NCBI GenBank assembly: GCA_009602725.1
Contig: WELB01000009.1
Span: 964,599 to 1,020,565 of the forward strand
Reading direction: 5' to 3'
Length of the DNA: 55,967 nt
DNA from: Spirogloea muscicola
Lineage: Eukaryota
Shown here: positions 51,501-55,967 of the stretch, piece after piece
How the letters are laid out: every line of letters begins with the position of its first letter
Numbering within the stretch: the stretch's first letter is position 1
Position numbers and translations under genes: made by a program
The notes under the pieces: generated by a model
Database searches by the model: none
What the model was told of the DNA's origin: nothing
Seen by the model: only the letters and a program-made list of their open reading frames with translations

Positions 51501-54500
51501 GCAGGTTTATAGATATACATTAATACCGCCAAGATGTATGATCCACTTAATTTCCTGTAAATGTGTGTAGATCAATATCAACCCTGAGAGTCTGATACCG
51601 AAGCTGCCGAAGCCGCGGGACTTGCGTCCTTTCCCTACAACCGAGTACCTGGAATACAGAGGCCACACTGGTGCGGTGTGCTCAATCTCAACAGATCCAG
51701 GCGGAGAGTACTTTGCTTCAGGTAGGTTGGCTCAAGGGACGTCTCGACGTGACCCACAGTATTGCATAGTAGTCAATCTTCCACTTTCATATTGCGCGTG
51801 GGAAATACAGAGTTTATCCTAGGGGCAGTTGGCACATCGAAGCAGATTTTATAAAAGTGAAGCAGAGGTTGAACGCTGATTGTTGTGGACAGCGAGTGAG
51901 CACCTTGCAAATGAGGATATTCTTACATGTGATGGCTCGCCAGTGCGTGCCAATGATGCTTAAACGTTAAAAGTAGGCTGATGCAAGTTGCGCTCTCGTC
52001 GCCTATTCTCTAGGCCAGCAACATTTGTGTAACAGACTTTTTGTACCTTCGGGCTCTATGTATATCTTATGGTGGAATGCGCACAATGTTTTTCATGCTA
52101 TATACCACACGTGGTTTGTTGGTGTTTGCAGGTTCACATGACGGGACTGTGCGGCTGTGGGAGATACAAACAGCCAGGTGCCGGCATGTGTGGGACTTCG
52201 GGGATGCCAAAGTCAACAACATCGCCTGGTGTCCCAATCGTCAAACGCCGCTTCTTGCAGTAGCCATGTGAGTTCTTGCACGTGATTGTGCCATGGCGTA
52301 TTGACAAGTATGCTGACTGTCAACCCCGTCAAACTTGACATTTGTGTCCACTTTGTGTCACATGAACTGTGATCTGCAAAGCTCCTCACTACGACGTGCA
52401 CGTATTCTGACCAATTGCTTGCATCACTTGGGCTGCACTACTGTTGCACATCAGTGTGCTTGCCGTAAATTGCAATAACAATGTAACAATCCAACTTCCT
52501 CTGCACAGGGAAAAGGTGGTTCTCCTTGTTGGCTCGGGCACAGGAACTGTATCTGAGCAGGCAACAGCTACAGCTCTTCTGCAATATACGAGCCAGCCCA
52601 AGTCCTTGACAAGTGGTCAGTCCACCTTTCACTTGCTGTTCATATAGTTGTCAATGCTGTTACAAAACTGGGTTGGCAACCTGGTAGTAGATTCAGTTGT
52701 GATTGCAGCTGGTGATACCACAAGAGCAATGTAGAATAGAGTGCTTGACAATTCTTGGGCTTTGGCTTCAGGTAAACTGGGATCAACGCATTGGGAAGCT
52801 TATGGGCAGGGGAAAGGCCTGCAAATTAGTCATTCAGAGGTCATCTCCAGGCTAAGAAGTAGCATTGCTTAGCCATAGACAGATGCTGTGGAGCATGATA
52901 TCTTAGTACAAATCTTAGCATTGCTATGGCAATGCACCTGTGTTTCAGAGTTTTAGATACACTGAAGCCTCTCATCCAGTGTTCACTTTGATCCTGATCC
53001 TGCTGTCTGGTCATCATAGTTTGAGTTGCACATGCTCTCTGACTAACACTTGATCAATTTATACATGACCTATACAGGATGTGCAGTCAATCTCTTGGCA
53101 CCACAAGGGCGACTACTTTGCCACATTGGCTCCGAAAGATATCCTCTTCAATGTAGAACTGTGTTGCCTTCCGAGTGCTACCCTTAAGTCACACCCCTAG
53201 CCTTTGCTTCTTGAGTGATTCATTATGGAGAAGACCTTGACCACCTACCAATTTGCCTGCCACGTCCCAGTGTGCCTGTAAGTTGAAGTGTTTGTTACAA
53301 AGTACGATGGACAATGTTTGTGTCTCTTTCTTTCAATCTAAATGCAACTACCTTGACTTGATTGTAACACGGGATACGAGGGCAGTGCTCATACACCAGC
53401 TCTCAAAGCAGCTCACCCAGAACCCATTCAAGAAGAACTTTGGCAGAGTAGAGAGTGTGCTCTTCCACCCCTCCAGGCCATTCTTCTTCGTCGCCACAAA
53501 ATCGCATGTCAGAGTGTACAATCTGGCAAAGCAGGAGCTGGCCAAGAAACTCTTGGTGGGAGTCAACCTTATTTCCTGCATGGCCATCCATCCTGGAGGT
53601 AATGCCGCATCCTGCAGACTAGCAAGCTTTGGCACTTCTCTCTGTTTTGACCGCTTGCTTGAGGCAAGTGACTCCTCTCACTAGGAGCAATCAATGTGAG
53701 CTCCTTTTACATTGAATGAGAGCGAGTCTACAAGAGGCACTGTGAGCTGACCTGTCTATGTGCTTAATGACTTCACAAGATGGTATCTCCAGCAGGCTAC
53801 GCTTAGAGTGAAAGTAGGCCTGAAGTCCTTCCTGCATTTTGGGGTTTGGACGTGAGGGCAGGTGACAACCTGATTGTTGGCAGCAAGGACATGCGTTTGA
53901 TATGGTTCGACATGGATCTCTCCACAAAGCCTTACCGCACACTAAGGTGAACGTCTGCTTGATCTTGTACCTCAAGAGTGCAAAACAAGCACTGACATTG
54001 CACCTGCTAAAAGCCAAGAGAAGTTCTGAAGGCCTTGACTTCTTAAGGTGGAGTTCAGTTTTAAACAGCTGACATTGATCTCTGAAAGTGCTCATTAGCA
54101 TAGATGCTACGCAGGCTTTTTTGCACGAGAACTAATATTACTGTTGTTGTATCCAGCGTTTTGCTGCTTTGAGTCTTATACAAGGTCTTCTTTTGTGCCG
54201 TGCAGGAATCACGAGCAGGGCTTGAGGGCAGTTGCCTTTCACAAGACCTACCCCCTCTTTGTCTCTTGTTCAGATGATAGTACAGCACACGTTTTCCATG
54301 GCATGGTGTACTCGGACCTTCTGCAGAACCCCTTGATTGTGCCTGTGAAAATACTGAGGGGACACACAATGACACGCCACCAAGGTGAGAGCATTGGCAG
54401 AGCACGTTGTTACTGCAGTTCATGCCAGCCTAGTGGTGGAACAATCGTGCATCTAAATGGAGACTCTCAGCTTCAGCAACTCTGTTGCATAAGAATAATG

Positions 54501-54717
54501 TGCATGCTGGCTCAGTGGGCATCAGCTCAAGAGGCCGTATATTTACCACTGGATGGTACTGAAAGAGTGCTGTGGCTTTCTTGTGCTAATTGTCGCCTGG
54601 GTGTGTCTTTCCACCCACTGGCACCTATCAGGCGTCTTGGATTGCGTGTTCCACCCAACTCAGCCGTGGCTCCTCACAGCTGGTGCTGACAGCACTATCA
54701 AGCTCTTCTGTAACTGA
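48507..54717 (+). CDS. BOP1: Ribosome biogenesis protein BOP1/Erb1 (PeBoW complex, WD40)
   Basis: Acidic N-terminus, [88 protein letters not shown]40 repeats ([52 protein letters not shown]). A probable 5'-UTR intron ends at 48504. Confidence 0.96.
53139..53370 (+). other. U12-type (minor spliceosome) AT-AC intron in BOP1
   Basis: 5' ATATCCTC; branch point TACCTTGAC at 53349-53357 (branch A 14 nt from the 3' end); 3' CAC. Removal restores ..[16 protein letters not shown] in frame. Confidence 0.9.
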
Positions 54718-55432
54718 GTCTGGCCATAGGCCTGTGTTGTACCACTATGCACGACCAGTTGCTCTCTGGTCAGTAGCCCTGTTGCCTAGCTGTCGCAGGT
54801 CACATGTAGCACATCGTGCATTGAGAACACAGCTTCTCTCTAGCCGGAAGGTTTACCCGCATGTTGGCTGGATCAGGCTCTTATGGGCGCATTCTTTTTA
54901 GCTACCTTGAAGGTTTCAAATCTAGTAATCCGCTGTGCGACTGAGTATATACAGCACAATTTGGCATGGGTTGATAATGTTATGTTCTAAATGTTGCATG
55001 CTTTTGGAGCTTCCCAAAGTAGGAAGGAGCATGTGAAGTAGGAAGGGTCGGCACTGAAAAGCAGTTGCAGAATGCATGAAGAGTATCTACTGTTTATCAG
55101 ACATGGACCTGACGACATGCTTAAAAGCAGGCGCAAAGCGCTATCTCAGTAAGCCGGCCTTCCATCATGTAGCGGCAAGAAGCTAGGTCTGGCTGCAGAC
55201 ACATGATGAAATGCCCGCGCACTATACGATGGCACTACTGCTAATCCACCTCACCAGCCTAGCTCCGCCTGTTTGTGGCCTAGCACTTGAAGAAGCACTA
55301 GCTTGCTGACATGCATGGCAGCTTATTGGCGAGTGGGTCGGTGCAAGATGGACCAAGCAATGGATACGGCAGGTCAGGCAGCCAGAGGCACGGCCAGTGC
55401 TGAATCCTTGCCAATCTGGAAGAGGGAGCGGT

Positions 55433-55967
55433 CTAGCTCCAGACAGGAGCACGGAGCGACAGTAGCCATGCTGGAGCCCTCGGCAGTGATCCCCTGCAAG
55501 TCCCCATGGCCGCAATTCTCCGGACAGAGCCGCCAGTACACAGATCGGAGAGCGCATGCTGAAGCACGTTCGGAAGTCGAGCTGACGATCCACCGTGCTG
55601 GGGCATCGTCTCGGCCCGCTCAGCTGGGCGAGGACTCCCGCTTCCACAGCGGTCGCCGTCAAGGCGGCCCTTGGTAGTAGGGGGGCAGCGGCTGCCCAAC
55701 TGGGGCGCCTCCGACGGCGCCGCTTCCCCCGGCCACCCATTTTTTGGCGGCAGCGGGCCCATCAAGGAAACGACGGCCCCATTGGAACCAGGCGGCTCGA
55801 CCGTGGCCAGCGCTGGGAGCGGGCCGAGCTGCATGGCTTCCGGGCCATCGAGGGCCAGCGGCGTGGGCGGGTTGTGGATGGGCGGCGGCGGGCGGCCGAG
55901 GACGCGCGCGGCCTCCACGGCGGCCTCCGCCAGCGCGTCGGCCACGCCGGGCGCCAGCGCCACCTCG
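55433..55967 (-). CDS. Probable 3' exon of an unidentified gene entering from the right edge
   Basis: GC-rich open frame of >176 codons running off the window and converging on BOP1. Pro/Ala-rich, no recognisable domain. Confidence 0.35.
   Translation of the reverse strand, partial: EVALAPGVADALAEAAVEAARVLGRPPPPIHNPPTPLALDGPEAMQLGPLPALATVEPPGSNGAVVSLMGPLPPKNGWPGEAAPSEAPQLGSRCPPTTKGRLDGDRCGSGSPRPAERAETMPQHGGSSARLPNVLQHALSDLCTGGSVRRIAAMGTCRGSLPRAPAWLLSLRAPVWS

Overview
Eukaryotic, intron-rich, GC-rich nuclear DNA, not prokaryotic. It is most likely from a streptophyte green alga or early-diverging plant. This is inferred from an OBERON gene, a land-plant-type plastid transaldolase, Arabidopsis-type TTTAGGG repeats and a U12 AT-AC intron. 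Manual splicing gives 11 well-supported genes in a compact, mostly alternating head-to-head/tail-to-tail layout: MSH3 (+, 5' partial), DNA polymerase alpha catalytic subunit (-), a small acidic disordered protein (+), plastid transaldolase (+), an aldo-keto reductase (-), APC10 (-), a cupin_3 protein (+), an SMP/C2 protein (-), an OBERON-like PHD protein (+), a RECQ3-type helicase (-) and BOP1/Erb1 (+). The 3' end of a possible further gene lies at the right edge. The best second-look items are: (1) a non-genic island at ~20.2-21.5 kb with three copies of a double-hairpin motif showing compensatory changes, plus a near-perfect 129-bp direct repeat; (2) a 4-nt microexon needed to build RecQ helicase motif V; (3) a U12 AT-AC intron in BOP1; (4) a prothymosin-like acidic protein gene divergent from Pol alpha across an E2F-site-containing region; (5) an actinobacterial-type transaldolase. 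No CRISPR array, rRNA, tRNA or transposase was recognised. All exon coordinates were read by eye.
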